Source: Octopus vulgaris
Lineage: Eukaryota
Assembly: GCA_951406725.2 (NCBI GenBank)
Contig: OX597821.1
Span: 40,920,001-40,984,000 of the forward strand
Direction: 5' to 3'
Length of the DNA: 64,000 nucleotides
In this document: piece after piece, positions 38,379-51,569 of the stretch
How positions within the stretch are numbered: position 1 is the stretch's first letter
How the letters are laid out: the number at the start of each line of letters is the position of its first letter
Program-made: the position numbers and the translations under genes
The notes under the pieces: generated by a model
What the model was told of the DNA's origin: nothing
The model's input: the letters and a program-made list of their open reading frames with translations, nothing else
Databases searched by the model: none

Positions 38379-38668
38379 TTGAGCGTGATCATTGCCAGTG
38401 CAACCAGACTGGCTCCTGTGCAAGTAGCATGTAAAAAACACCTTTTGAGCATGGTCGTTGCCAGAATTGCCTGACTGGTGCTCATGCCAGTGGCACGTAA
38501 AGGCACCTACTACACTCTTGGAGTGGTCGGCATTATGAAGGGCATCTAGCTGTAGAAACTTTGCCAGATCAGATTGGAGCCTGGTGCAGCCATTTGGTTT
38601 GCTAGTCCGCAGTCAAACCGTCCAACCCATGCCAGCATGGAAAGCGGATGTTAAATGAAGATGATGAT
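38378..38668 (+). mobile_element. RTE 3' UTR fragment with (GAT)n tail
   Basis: Internal UTR repeats; ends catggaaagcggatgttaaatgaagatgatgat. Confidence 0.85.
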
Positions 38669-38685
38669 ACACACATATATATATA

Positions 38686-39573
38686 TGAGGTGGTATCAAA
38701 AAGTTCCCAGACTAGTTCTGTAGCATGCCAACAGATGGCAGCACACAGTTGTGTGCTCAGTAATAGTTAGCATTGATCTTGATGAGGCACTGTGACAAGT
38801 GGGATTGCTATGTTTACTTTGCAGGTTGTGAAATTTGTGCTTTTGTAATCAGATGTATGCTGTAGTCTGTGATTTTGTCATGAACAGGAACAAAGAGCCA
38901 ACATGAAATCTTGCATTAAACTTGAGAAGTCTTCTACAGAGACATTAAGCTTATGATGACAAGGCAATTGGTCATACACAATGTTCTGAGTGGCACAGAC
39001 ACTTCAAAAGTGGAAGAACATCTCTAAAAGATGATGAGCAATCTGAAAGACCTGCCTCAAGTGCCACCCCTGGAAGTGTGGTATTGTGCATTGAGAATCC
39101 ATCCCCCAGGGCCAGACCATCAATCGAGAGTTCTACTGTGATGTTTTGATCCATTTGAGGGAAGACACTTGGCAAAAGTGACCAGATTTGTGGTGTATGA
39201 AGAATTGGATTCTTTACCAAGTTCTCTTCATTCATGAGTTTCTCACCAAAAACAACATGGCATCGCTTCTACTCCCAGCCTATTCACCAGATTTAGCACC
39301 CATGAGCTTCCATATTTTCTCCAAGATGAAAAGGCAGCTCAAAGGTCGCTGTTTTAACACCATTGTCAAGATCAAGAGTGAATCACAGAAGGTCCATGAC
39401 TCGCTTACAGAAATTGAGTTCCAAGCCAGGAATGCCAAGATGTGGCAGGAATACATGGAGTGGTGTATCATTGTGCAAGGTGATTATTTCAAGGGAGAAG
39501 ATGTTAAAACTTGGGCAAATAAGTTATTTTTTATTAAACATAACTAGTACTGGAACCGTTTGATACCACCTCA
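38686..39573 (+). mobile_element. Internally deleted mariner (~890 bp) with both TIRs
   Basis: tgaggtggtatcaaaaagttcc..actagt / actagt..ggaaccgtttgataccacctca; EQRANMK..FKSGRTSLKDDEQS joined to PGQTINREFYC..YSPDLAP..QGDYFKG; WVPHEL and first-D region missing. Confidence 0.93.
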
Positions 39574-39814
39574 TGTGCATATATATGCATATAAACATAT
39601 ATATATATAAATAATGGATGAATGAATTATCCTTTGTTTACTGTTAACATGGAAAATTCAATAAACAGCTACAAGAGTAGCAAAATTCATGCAAGTAACA
39701 AGGATGTAGTGACCTATTCAAAGGTAGAAACTCCGAGTTAATGTGCAGTAATTTGTAGTATAAGTAAATAAATTATTTACTTATATATAAATATATATAT
39801 ATATACATATATAT

Positions 39815-39985
39815 AGGGAAAGTTTACGAAAAAAACAAAAGACGAAGACAGGTGGTGTACAAAATAAACAGATGTATTAGTATAACGCTCAGGAATAGAA
39901 AAAGTCTTTTACGTTTCGAGCCTACGCTCTTCTACAGAAAGGGACACAGAAAATGTGTGTAGTGGCTAACGATCTATCATGGCAA
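39815..39985 (-). mobile_element. Family E short element with hammerhead motif (39905-39942)
   Basis: Minus strand: ccttt CTGTAGA a gagc gtag gctc GAAA cg TA aaaga; flanked by (TA)n. Confidence 0.8.
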
Positions 39986-40029
39986 CTATATATATCTATA
40001 TATATATATATATATATAAATATACACTT

Positions 40030-40072
<43 letters not shown>

Positions 40073-40394
40073 TACAAATACACTGTTTTGTACATGAATA
40101 TATCTTATTTAACTAATGCCAAGCTGCCAAAAGCACTGATATTCTAATTAGTCTGTCCCCTACGGTGCTAGCTAAATTTTTCTTCTTTACATAGCTTCTG
40201 AATATACAAGACTTTTTGGTGGGAAAAAAAGTGGAGCACGTCTTCACTGACAATTGGTCAACAGACTCTGAAAACGTGTCCAGTGGGAGTTAGCTCCCCC
40301 TTTTTTTTTTACTGTAGATTGATGGCAAAACACAAATGTGTTGACGTTCTTAGAATTTGCTTTTACAGTGAAAGACTTTCAAATATTTACATAC

Positions 40395-40830
40395 TATGTA
40401 TGTGTGTGGGTGTAAATGAGCATGTAAGAGCAAGTGAATGTGTAATGTGTGTGTGTGCGTGTGTGTGTGTGTATGTGTTTGTGCGCATGCGTAAATGAGC
40501 ACGTGAGCGTGAGTGAATGTGAGTGTATGTGTATATGTGAGTGTATATGTGTGTGTGTATGTGTATATGAGTGTGTGTGTGTGTGTACATACATATGTAA
40601 ATGTGTGTATGTATGTGTATGTGTGTGTGCGTAAATGAGCATATGTGAATGCGCATGTAAGTGTGAGTGAATGTGAGTGTATGCGTATGTGTATATGTGT
40701 GCATGTGTGTGTGTGTGTGTATAAGTTTGCGTGTGTGTGTGTATGTGTGTGTATGTGTGTGTTTGTGTTTGTGTGTGTTTGCGTGCGCGTGTGCATGCGT
40801 GTGTATCTATGTGTGTGTGTGTATATGTGT

Positions 40831-40899
<69 letters not shown>
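40395..40899. repeat. (TG)n-rich compound microsatellite
   Basis: Direct reading. Confidence 0.95.
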
Positions 40900-40901
<2 letters not shown>

Positions 40902-41271
40902 CAGTGAGAGTTTTCGCATTACCATGTTTACATTTCAATTTCTAGTCAGGCAATGCAAAAGTAAAAAAAAAAAATTAAGCATTTATAATTGTTTTTTTTG
41001 TTATTATTTTTTTTTTTTTGCTATTTTCCAATGTTTCTTTGCCATCTAATTATTTTTTTTTTTCATTATTATCTTTCAGAAAATTATTAAATTTCTGTTT
41101 AATTAATTGGAAACACAACTATAACAACTAAGTCTCTCTTAGACAAATGTACACATGCCATTACACATTTCTCAGTCAAACTTTTCCTAAAGTAACATTT
41201 TTAAGTGACCATGTTTACCTACCAGTTCATGTGACAGGGAATGGCACAAAACAAAAAAAATATATATATTA

Positions 41272-41694
41272 GGCGCAGGAGTGGCTGTGTGGTAAGTAGC
41301 TTGCTAACCAGTCACATGGTTCCGGGTTCAGTCCCACTGCGTGGCATCTTGGGCAAGTGTCTTCTGTTATAGCTCCGGGCCGACCAATGCCTTGTGAGTG
41401 GATTTGGTAGACGGAAACTGAAAGAAGCCTGTCGTATATATGTATATATATATATATATATGTATGTATGTGTGTGTGTTTGGGTATCTGTGTTTGTCCC
41501 CCTAGCATTGCTTGACAACCGATGCTGGTGTGTTTACGTTCCCATCACTTAGCGGTTCGGCAAAAAGAGACCGATAGAATAAGTACTAGGCTTACAAAGA
41601 ATAAGTCCTGGGGTCGATTTGCTTGACTAAAGGCGGTGCTCCAGCATGGCCGCAGTCAAATGACTGAAACAAGTAAATGAAAAATGAAATGAAT
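41272..41694 (+). mobile_element. SINE family A, full length
   Basis: Complete unit. Confidence 0.95.
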
Positions 41695-41773
41695 ATTATT
41701 CTGAGTTTTGTTTGTTTTGTTTTTGTCTTACCTTTCTTCCCTCCTAATATTTTCCTCATTATCTTTCTACAAC

Positions 41774-42726
41774 ATGGCTGTGTGGAAAGCACCGGTATGG
41801 CAATGTGGTAAGAAGCTTGCTTCGCAACCACATGACTCTGGGTTCAGACCCACTGTGCAGCATCTTGGGCAAGTGTCTTCTACTACAGCCTTGGGTTGAA
41901 CAAAGCCTTGTGAGTGGATTTGGTAGACAGAAACTGAAAGAAGCCTGTCATGTGTGTGTGTGTATGTCTGTATGTGTGTATATATGTATGTACATATGTA
42001 TGTGTGTCATTGTTCAGTTTTATTTCAAGATTTGTTGCCAATAAAGAAAGAGCTGGTTTCTAACCTAGATTCAAGGCTCCTTCATTAGAATTTCAACATC
42101 AACAACACAGTAATTTTGTTGTATGTATGTATGTATGTATGTATGTATGTATGTATGTATGTATGCATGTATGCATGTTTGTATGTATGCATGTATGTAT
42201 GTATGTATGCATGTATGTATGTATGTATGCATGCATGCATGTATGTATATATGTATGTATGTGCAGATGTGTATGTTTTATGTATGTATTCTCATGCATG
42301 TAGTCGCATATCTCAACATGCTCATATATATTTAAATGATAAACTTCTGGAAAGTTTTACAGATTTTTACAGTTCCAGTGATGGATTGGATCTGTAGCCT
42401 TCGAATCAGCTTTCTCCTTTCTGGTTTTGAGAAGCCTAATTTCTCAAGATTGTTATTTAGGCAGTGTGTTACATATCCCAGGGCCCCAATAATTACAGGT
42501 ATAAACTGTATGCATGGATATCTATATTTGTCCCCTACTACTGCTTGACAACCAGTGTTAGTGTATTTATGTCCCTGTAACTTAGTGGTTCAGGAAAAGA
42601 GAATGATAGAATAAGTGCCAGCCTTAAAAAATACTAAGTACTGCAGTCAGTTCATTCAGCTGAAACCCTTGATGGTGGTGCTCCAGCATGACCACAGTTT
42701 AATGACTGAAACAAGTAAAAAATAAA
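41774..42726 (+). mobile_element. Older SINE A split by an R4/Dong-like LINE (halves 41774-41950 and 42527-42726)
   Basis: Halves rejoin across the internal microsatellite. Confidence 0.8.
42008..42507 (-). mobile_element. RLE-type (R4/Dong-like) LINE 3' end
   Basis: FIPVIIGALGYVTHCLNNNLEKLGFSKPERRKLIRRLQIQSITGTVKICKTFQKFII* (42506-42332); PVIIGALG is typical of restriction-like endonuclease LINEs; (TATG)n in the 3' UTR. Confidence 0.8.
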
Positions 42727-43130
42727 ATCATTAAATTTTCTTCTTTTAATCAATTTAATCAATTTAATCAATTGCAATCAAGACTACGTCCCCTATGTTC
42801 TTACACAAATATGCAAATGATATTTCCTTATCCCCTTAATCTACTTTGTAATATGTGACCTCTGGATTACAATGTTTGGCATGTTCCAGCATTGATAAAA
42901 ATATGTGGCCTTCATCAACTAGAGCAGTATTCTGAGCTGGGCCGTGTATATGATAATAATGTATACATACATACAAGCATACATGCATACATACATACAT
43001 ACATGCATACATACAAGCATACATGCATACATACATACATACATGCATGCATGCATGCATACATACATACATATATACATACATACATACATTCTTACAT
43101 GCATACATACATACATACACACATACATAT

Positions 43131-43366
43131 AAATCCTTAAATCCTTAAAAATGTTTTAGCCCGAAGGCCGCGGCCATGCTGGGGCACCACCGCTGAATGA
43201 GCTACACTAGTTTGTGAATCCACCTCTGATACGTGGCACTTGATCAACAAGGGAGTTCGATGCTGCTGCCCGCATCCGCGTCTCCTGTCGTGAGGTAGGT
43301 TCATCTGGGACTCCCAACAAGAAGAGATCCAGTTTAGTTTTAAAGAAACCCACATCCACACCATGT
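43131..43366 (-). mobile_element. CR1-type LINE 3' end with a short tandem (AAGGATTT-like) tail
   Basis: HGVDVGFFKTKLDLFLLGVPDEP..AASNSLVDQ; 3' UTR matches the SINE A 3' end. Confidence 0.88.
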
Positions 43367-43371
43367 AATAT

Positions 43372-43744
43372 ATGCATACATACATACATTCATTCATACA
43401 TACATACATACATACATATATACATACATACGTACATACATACATACATACATACATTCATTCATACATACATACATACATACATACATACATACACACA
43501 TACATATATACATACATACATACATACATACATACATACATACGTACATACATATATACATACATACGTACATACATACATACATACACACATACATATA
43601 TACATACACACATACATATATACATACATACATACATACATACATGCATACATACATACATACGTACATACATACATACATACATACATACGTACATACA
43701 TACATACATACACACATACATATATACATACATACATACATATA

Positions 43745-43778
<34 letters not shown>

Positions 43779-43885
43779 CATACATACATACATACATATA
43801 TACATACATACATACATACATACATACATACATACATACATACATACATACATACATACATACATGCATACATACATACGTAAAT
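43372..43885. repeat. (TACA)n microsatellite, ~510 bp
   Basis: Direct reading. Confidence 0.98.
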
Positions 43886-44122
43886 ACATACAGGAGCTCA
43901 AGCATTAAAGTTACCTGGACCCTCATTGAGAACAAGACTCAACTAAATGAATTTATCATAATGTGTAAACATGGCTTTCAGGGTCTCTGTATTAGAGTTT
44001 TGTATGGGTCTATGTACTTAAAGGGTCCCTAACTTGTAAGAACAAAACTGAAACCAATTGTTAGGAAAAAGTTTGCACTAAACGATACAAACCTTCCCAA
44101 ATGGCTGAATCTTTAATCCCTG

Positions 44123-44541
44123 TCTTTTACAAGTTTCTGTCATTACACTGCGGCCATGCTGGAGTACTGCTTTGAAGGATTTTAGTCAAAGAAATCAACC
44201 CCAGTATTCATTATTTGTTAAAGCCTCCTACTTATTCTAGTCTTTTTAACTGAACCATTAAGTAATAGGGACATAAACACACCAGCATCGGTTGTCAAGC
44301 CATGTTGGGGGGACAAACACACACAAACATACACACACGCACATATACATATGTATATATACATATATACAATGGGCTTTTTTCAGTTTTCGTCTACCAA
44401 ATCCACTCACAAGCCTTTGGTTGCGCTCAGGCTATAGTAGAAGACACTTGCCCAAGATGCATGGCATCTTGGGCAAGTGGGACTGAACCCGGAACCATGT
44501 GGTTGGTAAACAAGCTACTTACCACACAGCCACTCCTATGC

Positions 44542-44542
<1 letters not shown>
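44123..44542 (-). mobile_element. SINE family A
   Basis: Full unit with a small local inversion (cttgcccaagatgc / gcatcttgggcaag). Confidence 0.9.
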
Positions 44543-44576
<34 letters not shown>

Positions 44577-44609
44577 CAACAATTTTATATAATGTAATAT
44601 TTTGAATTT

Positions 44610-44656
<47 letters not shown>

Positions 44657-44795
44657 GGGAAGCTTTATGAAAATAAACAAAAGACGAAGGCAGGTGGAAA
44701 ACAAACGAACAATTGTATTAGTATGGCGCTCAGGAAATATAAATAAAACAAGTCTTTAACGTTTCGAGCCTACGCTCTTCAACAGAAAGATACAC

Positions 44796-44797
<2 letters not shown>
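44657..44797 (-). mobile_element. Family E short element with hammerhead motif (44753-44790)
   Basis: Minus strand: tcttt CTGTTGA a gagc gtag gctc GAAA cg TT aaaga; inside (TA)n. Confidence 0.8.
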
Positions 44798-44840
<43 letters not shown>

Positions 44841-45050
44841 TATAGGGTGGCGAATATTCGTTATAAATATCACCACCAGTGGCCTAGCATGTATAAATAG
44901 TCAATAGTCAATAAATAACAAGGTAAAAGTTTTTATTTTTATTTTACTTCGAAATTTGATATTAAATTGTGGTTTTGGCCGTGTTAGCTGCTATTTCTAG
45001 CATGTAAAAATTACCAGTTAAATGGTAATTTTCTTTTTTAATATATATAT

Positions 45051-45199
45051 ATGACAGACTTCTTTCAGTTTACATCTTCCAAATCCACTCCCAGGTCTTT
45101 GGTTAGTTTGAAGTTATAACAGAAGATACTTGCTCAAGGTACCACACAGTAGTGCTGAACCCAGAACCATGTGGTTGGATAGCAAGCTTCTTATCACAC
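45051..45199 (-). mobile_element. SINE family A, 5' half, diverged
   Basis: Homology to the family. Confidence 0.8.
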
Positions 45200-45813
45200 C
45201 TTGCCAAACCATGAAATCCTGAAATTTTTCATGAGTTACATTCACTACCTGAGGGTTGATGATAAATCAAACAAAATGTTTATGCCACAGCTGTGAATTT
45301 TCAGGGCTACAGAACATACAAACACAAAAAGGGACTTATCAAAAATAACTCAGAAATATCTGAGCTTCAAGCGTTAATTATACCAGAAATTGCCCTAATT
45401 CTAATTTGCTAAAAGAAAAGCAAAAGCCTTGGTCTTTAGACAGCCTATGTGGCAATTATTTTCGTTATATGCTGAAAGATTTCATTTAAATGACAAATGT
45501 ATATCACCATCATCACCACCACCACCCCATCACTACCACCACCACCACCACCATTGCAAGAATGATGGACAGTTCAGAATAATAAGATATAAGAAATTCA
45601 CAACTGAGCATATCATATGTGCATTCCCATCATCAGCTGTCTAAACGGATATCACTATAGTTTTGGCACCTAGGCAATACCATTCAATTTAGCATAGGTA
45701 AATTGGTAGAATAATTAGAAAATCAATGAAATAGTTTGTGGTGTATATCTGGATCTCTCTTGTTTGTGACATCCAACATAATTGAGGTCAACTTGGCTTT
45801 TTATATGTGTGTG

Positions 45814-45847
<34 letters not shown>

Positions 45848-45938
45848 TATATATATATAGTTAATATATATATATATATATAGTTAATAAAAACACTTAT
45901 ATCAGAAAGAAGTATACTCTAAAAAATAGAGCAGTAAT

Positions 45939-46044
45939 TATTACAACAAAATTTTATAGAGTTACCAAAGGTTTCACACCCACAAATCCAAAGCCCTGTG
46001 GGTACAAAACCTTGGGTAACTCTATATAAAATTTTGTTGTAATA
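45939..46044. repeat. ~46-bp-arm inverted repeat
   Basis: tattacaacaaaattttatagagttaccaaaggtttcacacccaca / tgtgggtacaaaaccttgggtaactctatataaaattttgttgtaata. Confidence 0.9.
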
Positions 46045-46081
46045 TATATGTATATATACATATATATACATGCATACATAC

Positions 46082-46129
<48 letters not shown>

Positions 46130-46304
46130 ATGTATGTATGCATGTATGTATGTATGTATGTATGTATGTATGTATCTATATATATATGTATATATACATG
46201 TATATACATACATACATACATACATATATATATATACATTTATATGCATTCATATATATATATATATATATTTATCAAAATAAAAACATGATGCAAAGGA
46301 TTTA

Positions 46305-46392
46305 GCGGTACATATCTTTCTGGCTTTTATTAGACGGTTTATATCAATGCATAATTGATGTAATTTGTATGTCAATAGCCTTCTCCAGCCGC
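46305..46392 (-). ncRNA. Degenerate type-I hammerhead with long stem II
   Basis: Minus strand: gcgg CUGGAGA aggcu...agcca GAAA gauaug UA ccgc. Confidence 0.55.
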
Positions 46393-46414
46393 ATACAATT
46401 ACTACTCCAAGGAG

Positions 46415-46458
<44 letters not shown>

Positions 46459-46751
46459 TACTACAGCAATGTAACAACACACATGCCATTGGCAATTTTT
46501 GTTCCTGCTTTGAAATTTTCCCTTTCTCCTCTCCAATGAAGAGCCAGGCTTAAAACATCAAACTCTTTTCTTTCACCAAGCATCAAGCTAATACATTTCT
46601 TGTGCGCATACTCATGTTGTCTGTTTTTATTTGCTTATTTGAATTGACTATATATGTATATGTGTGTGTATATATATATATATATATATCATCATCATCA
46701 TCATCATCATCATCGTTTAGCATCCGTTTTCCATGCTAGCATGGGTTGGAC

Positions 46752-46838
<87 letters not shown>

Positions 46839-46976
46839 TCATGTATGTATACATATGTGCATGTATGTGCACACTCATGCATGTGTGCACATATATGCAC
46901 ACACACATACAAAAATAACACGTTGACTTAATATCACATTACATATAGTCAAGCTTATACACAGACACATAAATAT

Positions 46977-47022
<46 letters not shown>

Positions 47023-47172
47023 TTAAAACAGCTCCTCTAGACTTAACATTTTATAAGCAAAAAATGTGCCCAGCTTCTGAGATATATGAAGTTAAAATGA
47101 AGGAAATTATATAGAAATTTAGAACCCAATAACTAGGTGACAATATTAAAGCCATCGTTGGCCAGTTCAGGA

Positions 47173-47541
47173 ACTCTTTACTCTTACTCTTTTACTTGTT
47201 TCAGTCATTTGACTGCGGCCATGCTGGAGCACCGCCTTTAGTCGAGCAAATCGACCCCGGGACTTATTCTTTGTAAGCCCAGTACTTATTCTATCGGTCT
47301 TTTGCTGAACTGCTAAGTGATGGGGACGTAAACACACCAGCATCGGTTGTCAAGCAATGCTACAGGGACAAACATATACATATATACGACAGGCTTCTTT
47401 CAGTTTCCATCTACCAAATCCACTCACAAGGCATTGGTCGGCCCAAGGCTATAGCAGAAGACACTTGCCCAAGGTGCCACGCAGTGGGACTGAACCCGGA
47501 ACCATGTGGTTCGTAAGCAAGCTACTTACCACACAGCCACT
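47173..47541 (-). mobile_element. SINE family A
   Basis: Near-full unit. Confidence 0.93.
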
Positions 47542-48229
47542 GTGGACTATTTGGCAATGGGAGCAGCTGGTTCCATTTTATACACCACATACTAGAAGAG
47601 ACAGTATATTGGCACCAGGCAGATGATATTCTGTAAGATTCGAGATTTCAATGACAATAGTTACTGACATAGTAGCTGGTATGGTACCCAGTTTGCTGGT
47701 GTCAGGTTAGATACCTGTTTATGTGTGAAACATGGCTGGATGGTTTAATCATGGATGAGTAATAACAAATCATGGGGATAACAACAAGAAGGGAAAATAT
47801 ACACTCACCAAATGCAAACAGGGATTATATTACCAGCAGTTGCATTTGGGACAACTACAGTGGCCAATAGTTTGAAGTTCACTAACGTAGTGTATCTTAG
47901 TTACCTCACTAGGATAGACTGGTTTCCCAGTTGATGGGTACTGCTGGCTTTTGTAATATATACTGTTTCTCAACAGAGCAGAGTGAGCAACAATATGCTC
48001 CAAGTGAAACAGGAGTCAGTAATTCATTGAGTATACAGCTGCAAATGTATGTCTTTCAAGTAATCTTCAACAACAAAATCATTCTTTCAAGTGCTTGATC
48101 ATGTTAGCAGGAGTCGGACAGGTTTTTTTCAGCTCAAAATCACACAACATACATACATTCATTGTAAATATATGTATAAATGTATGTATGAATGTGTTTG
48201 TGTGCAAATATAAACATAAATGTATATGT

Positions 48230-48591
48230 AAGTAGGTATGTATGTATGCAGAGAGAGAGAGAGAGAGAGAGAGAAAGATAAAGTTATATATATATATATT
48301 TATATATATTTGTGTATTGATATGTATCTGTACACACACACACATACATTTATACATACACATTGGTAGCTGCATATATATATATATATCTACATATCTA
48401 TCTATCCATCTATCTATCTATATATATGTATATTTATATGTATATATATACATATATATATGCATGCATATATATATATATACATATATACATATATACT
48501 TATATATATATGTGTATATATATATGCATATATATGTATATATCTGTATCTATCTATCTATCTATATATACATATGTATATATATATATAT

Positions 48592-48641
<50 letters not shown>

Positions 48642-48987
48642 ACATATATGAACATACCTTAACTAATGAGATTACTAAGTGCAGGAGGCAGAAAGTTTAT
48701 CTCTCACATCACATTCATTTCTGGAACTAATAAACGAGGAGTTCAATAAGTACAATACAGTTAGCTGTTATATTTATCTTGACTGTAATTGATCATTTGA
48801 TCAAAATGAAATTGTTTTGTTTGCTAAGAAATTTGTATCATTTCAGATAATTGCTCCAATGAAGTCTGAGACGTGAGTGTTAAGAATCTTATTATTCATT
48901 AACACATGTTCGTTCCTTGAAGTGCTGACTCTAACCTCAATACTTGTAGACATTCTCTGTGAGTGTGTGTGTGAGAGAGAGAGAGAT

Positions 48988-49021
<34 letters not shown>

Positions 49022-49171
49022 TGTGTGTGTGGGTGTGCATAAGGGTGTGTGTGCATATGTAGATGTTTGTATAGAACTCTCCTCATATAAGTATACATGC
49101 GTATATACATATGTGTGTGTAGGTATGAAAATAAGTCTATGCATTTGTATTGACATGTGCACATGTTTGTT

Positions 49172-49215
<44 letters not shown>

Positions 49216-49233
49216 CACATATATATATATACA

Positions 49234-49289
<56 letters not shown>

Positions 49290-49700
49290 CATGTATATTT
49301 GTATGTATAATCTATACATAGTCACACACACAGATACACACATGTGTTTGTGTGTATGTGCATCTTATGTGTGCATTGCATGTGTGCAACCATTCATACA
49401 GATGCATGTGTTTGTGAATGTATGTGCACACATTCATCCACAACTTCAAGACACTTCTCTCATCAGCTCTCAACTGGAGATTGCAAAGATTTCAATGTCT
49501 TCTGATAGCATCACCCGGCTCTCCCCTCCCACTGTCTGCATATGTGTGTGAGTTTGGTAGAAAGAAAATGCTTGTGGTGTCTATACAAGTACAAAACTTG
49601 GGGACTTCATATATATATATATGCATGCATATTTATATGTACACAGACACACACGCACGCACACACATATACACACACACATATATATACATACATATAA
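48230..49700. repeat. Extended compound microsatellite region (TA, GA, TG, CA)
   Basis: Several tracts separated by short unique spacers. Confidence 0.9.
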
Positions 49701-51108
49701 TTCTTTTTTAAAAGATCTGATGAAACAATATTCTGATCTTATAGAATCGCCTGAATGGACTAAACGAAATGTTCTGATTTTGAGATGAAAGTATCTTTGG
49801 AAAGCAATATGGAATCAGAAATATGGAAGGAGGATTTGAAAGGAAGATACTAAAACATGGAGAACTTCAGGTGCAATGAATAGTGCTACATGTTGAGATG
49901 GGTTATTGCGAGTTTGTGGACAGAACCAAACCTGACTTTCAATGGAATTATAAAAGACAGCAGAGAAGAAATTCATGAACTGGAGCCGAAAAGCATTCTG
50001 ATTTCTTTTGGCCCTCATTCTAGCATGCATTTACCCCTCAGTTATTTATGAAACCATCAAAAACAAACCGATTGCAGCTATAACTACTAAAAACATGTAG
50101 CTGTTATTTTGTTTTACTATTTCTTGTGAATCAGACATTTTCTCTTATCTTTTGTCTTTCTCTTCTACATGTCGCCCACACCAATGATGGAATATTTTCC
50201 ATTCTTATTTCCATTCCATGAATCTGCCATCTTTCGTAAATTCAAGTACATTAGATCCTTCAGCATGGCTCCAGTCACAATCCATGATAATCCATGCCTA
50301 CAAGAAGTACCATACATTGCTCCATTTGTTTCTCAGGATCCCTTAATTCCTTCATGTCTTATACTCTACCTTTCATAACCTCCTTCTATATTCAATTCCT
50401 ACTGCATCCCCCACTCAAGAACATTTTTAGGGGTTAGCTCACACCCTGCTATAGAATCATGATTTCCATCCATTCTTTCATAAGATCATCCAAAGATTTA
50501 TCTTTTCAGAAAATAATTATATACATTTATTTATAAAATCATGTATAAATGCTCTCTTTTTTTCTCCCTGACTCATTCACACACACACACACACTCTCTC
50601 AATCTATCTCTCACACACATGTACATGTATGTGTGTGTATAAATATATATATATACTTATGTATGTCTGTATGTATGTATGTATGTATGTATATATGTGT
50701 GTGCATGTGTGTGTGTGTGTCCCTGTGTCTATGTGTGCATGTGTGTGTGTGTGTGTGTGTGTGTAAGCATACATTAATGCTGAACGGTGAGAATGAGTGT
50801 TCCCTATTACATTGGTGAATAAGTATTCTTTATTTGTAAGTTGACAAGGCAACCTATGGTTTCATGTAAAGAAGAAACTTCACAATTTTTCAAGCATGCC
50901 AGATGTTGCTATTTGTTTCCATTTGGGATGAGAATACACAAGGTTACACAAGACTGAATGAGATTTTGAAATAAGTGTACATATCATGTACATATAACTT
51001 ATAAGAATATTTCAATTGCTATCTCCCTTACATTAAACTAGATTAATGAATTCCATAATTACCTTATGCAAAAATTCTCATACACACCCATATTTATAAA
51101 TATATTCA

Positions 51109-51566
51109 GGTGATGAAGGTCATGGAGATGGTCATAGTCCAACTAATTAGGAAGTGAGTCTGCTTAGATCAGACATTGTTCGGCTTTGTGCCAGGTAGAA
51201 GGACCACTGATGCTATATTCCTAATTCGGCAACTGCAAGGGAAATACCTATATTTGGCTTTTGTGAACTTGGAGAAAGCCCTCCCCACCCCACCCCAACT
51301 GGCTCCTGTGCTGGTAGCACATAAAAAGCACCATCCGAATGTGGCCAATACCAGTGTGGCCTGACTGGCTCGTGTGCTGGTGGCACGTAAAAAGCACCCA
51401 CTATACTCTCGGAATGGTTGGTGTGAGGAATGGCATCAAGATGTAGAAACCTTGCCAGATAAGACTGGTGCCTGGTGCAGCCTCCTGGCTTGCCAGTCTT
51501 CAGTCACACCATCCAACTCATGCCAACATGGAAAGCGGACATTAAACGATGATGATGATGATGATA
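51109..51566 (+). mobile_element. Internally deleted RTE: RT N-terminal part fused to the 3' UTR
   Basis: VMKVMEMVI..FGFVPGRRTTDAIFLIRQLQGKYLYLAFVNLEKA, then UTR and (GAT)n tail. Confidence 0.85.
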
Positions 51567-51569
51567 TGT

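Noticed and set aside
40195-40290. Acceptor plus 31 open codons (LLNIQDFLVGKK..)
   Set aside because: No good donor and no recognisable similarity
43372-43935. Long YIHT/MYVC ORFs (and all similar YI, CV, HT, LSIY ORFs)
   Set aside because: Translations of di- and tetranucleotide repeats
49711-49782. CTGATGA...CGAAA as a hammerhead
   Set aside because: No convincing stem II or stem III pairing
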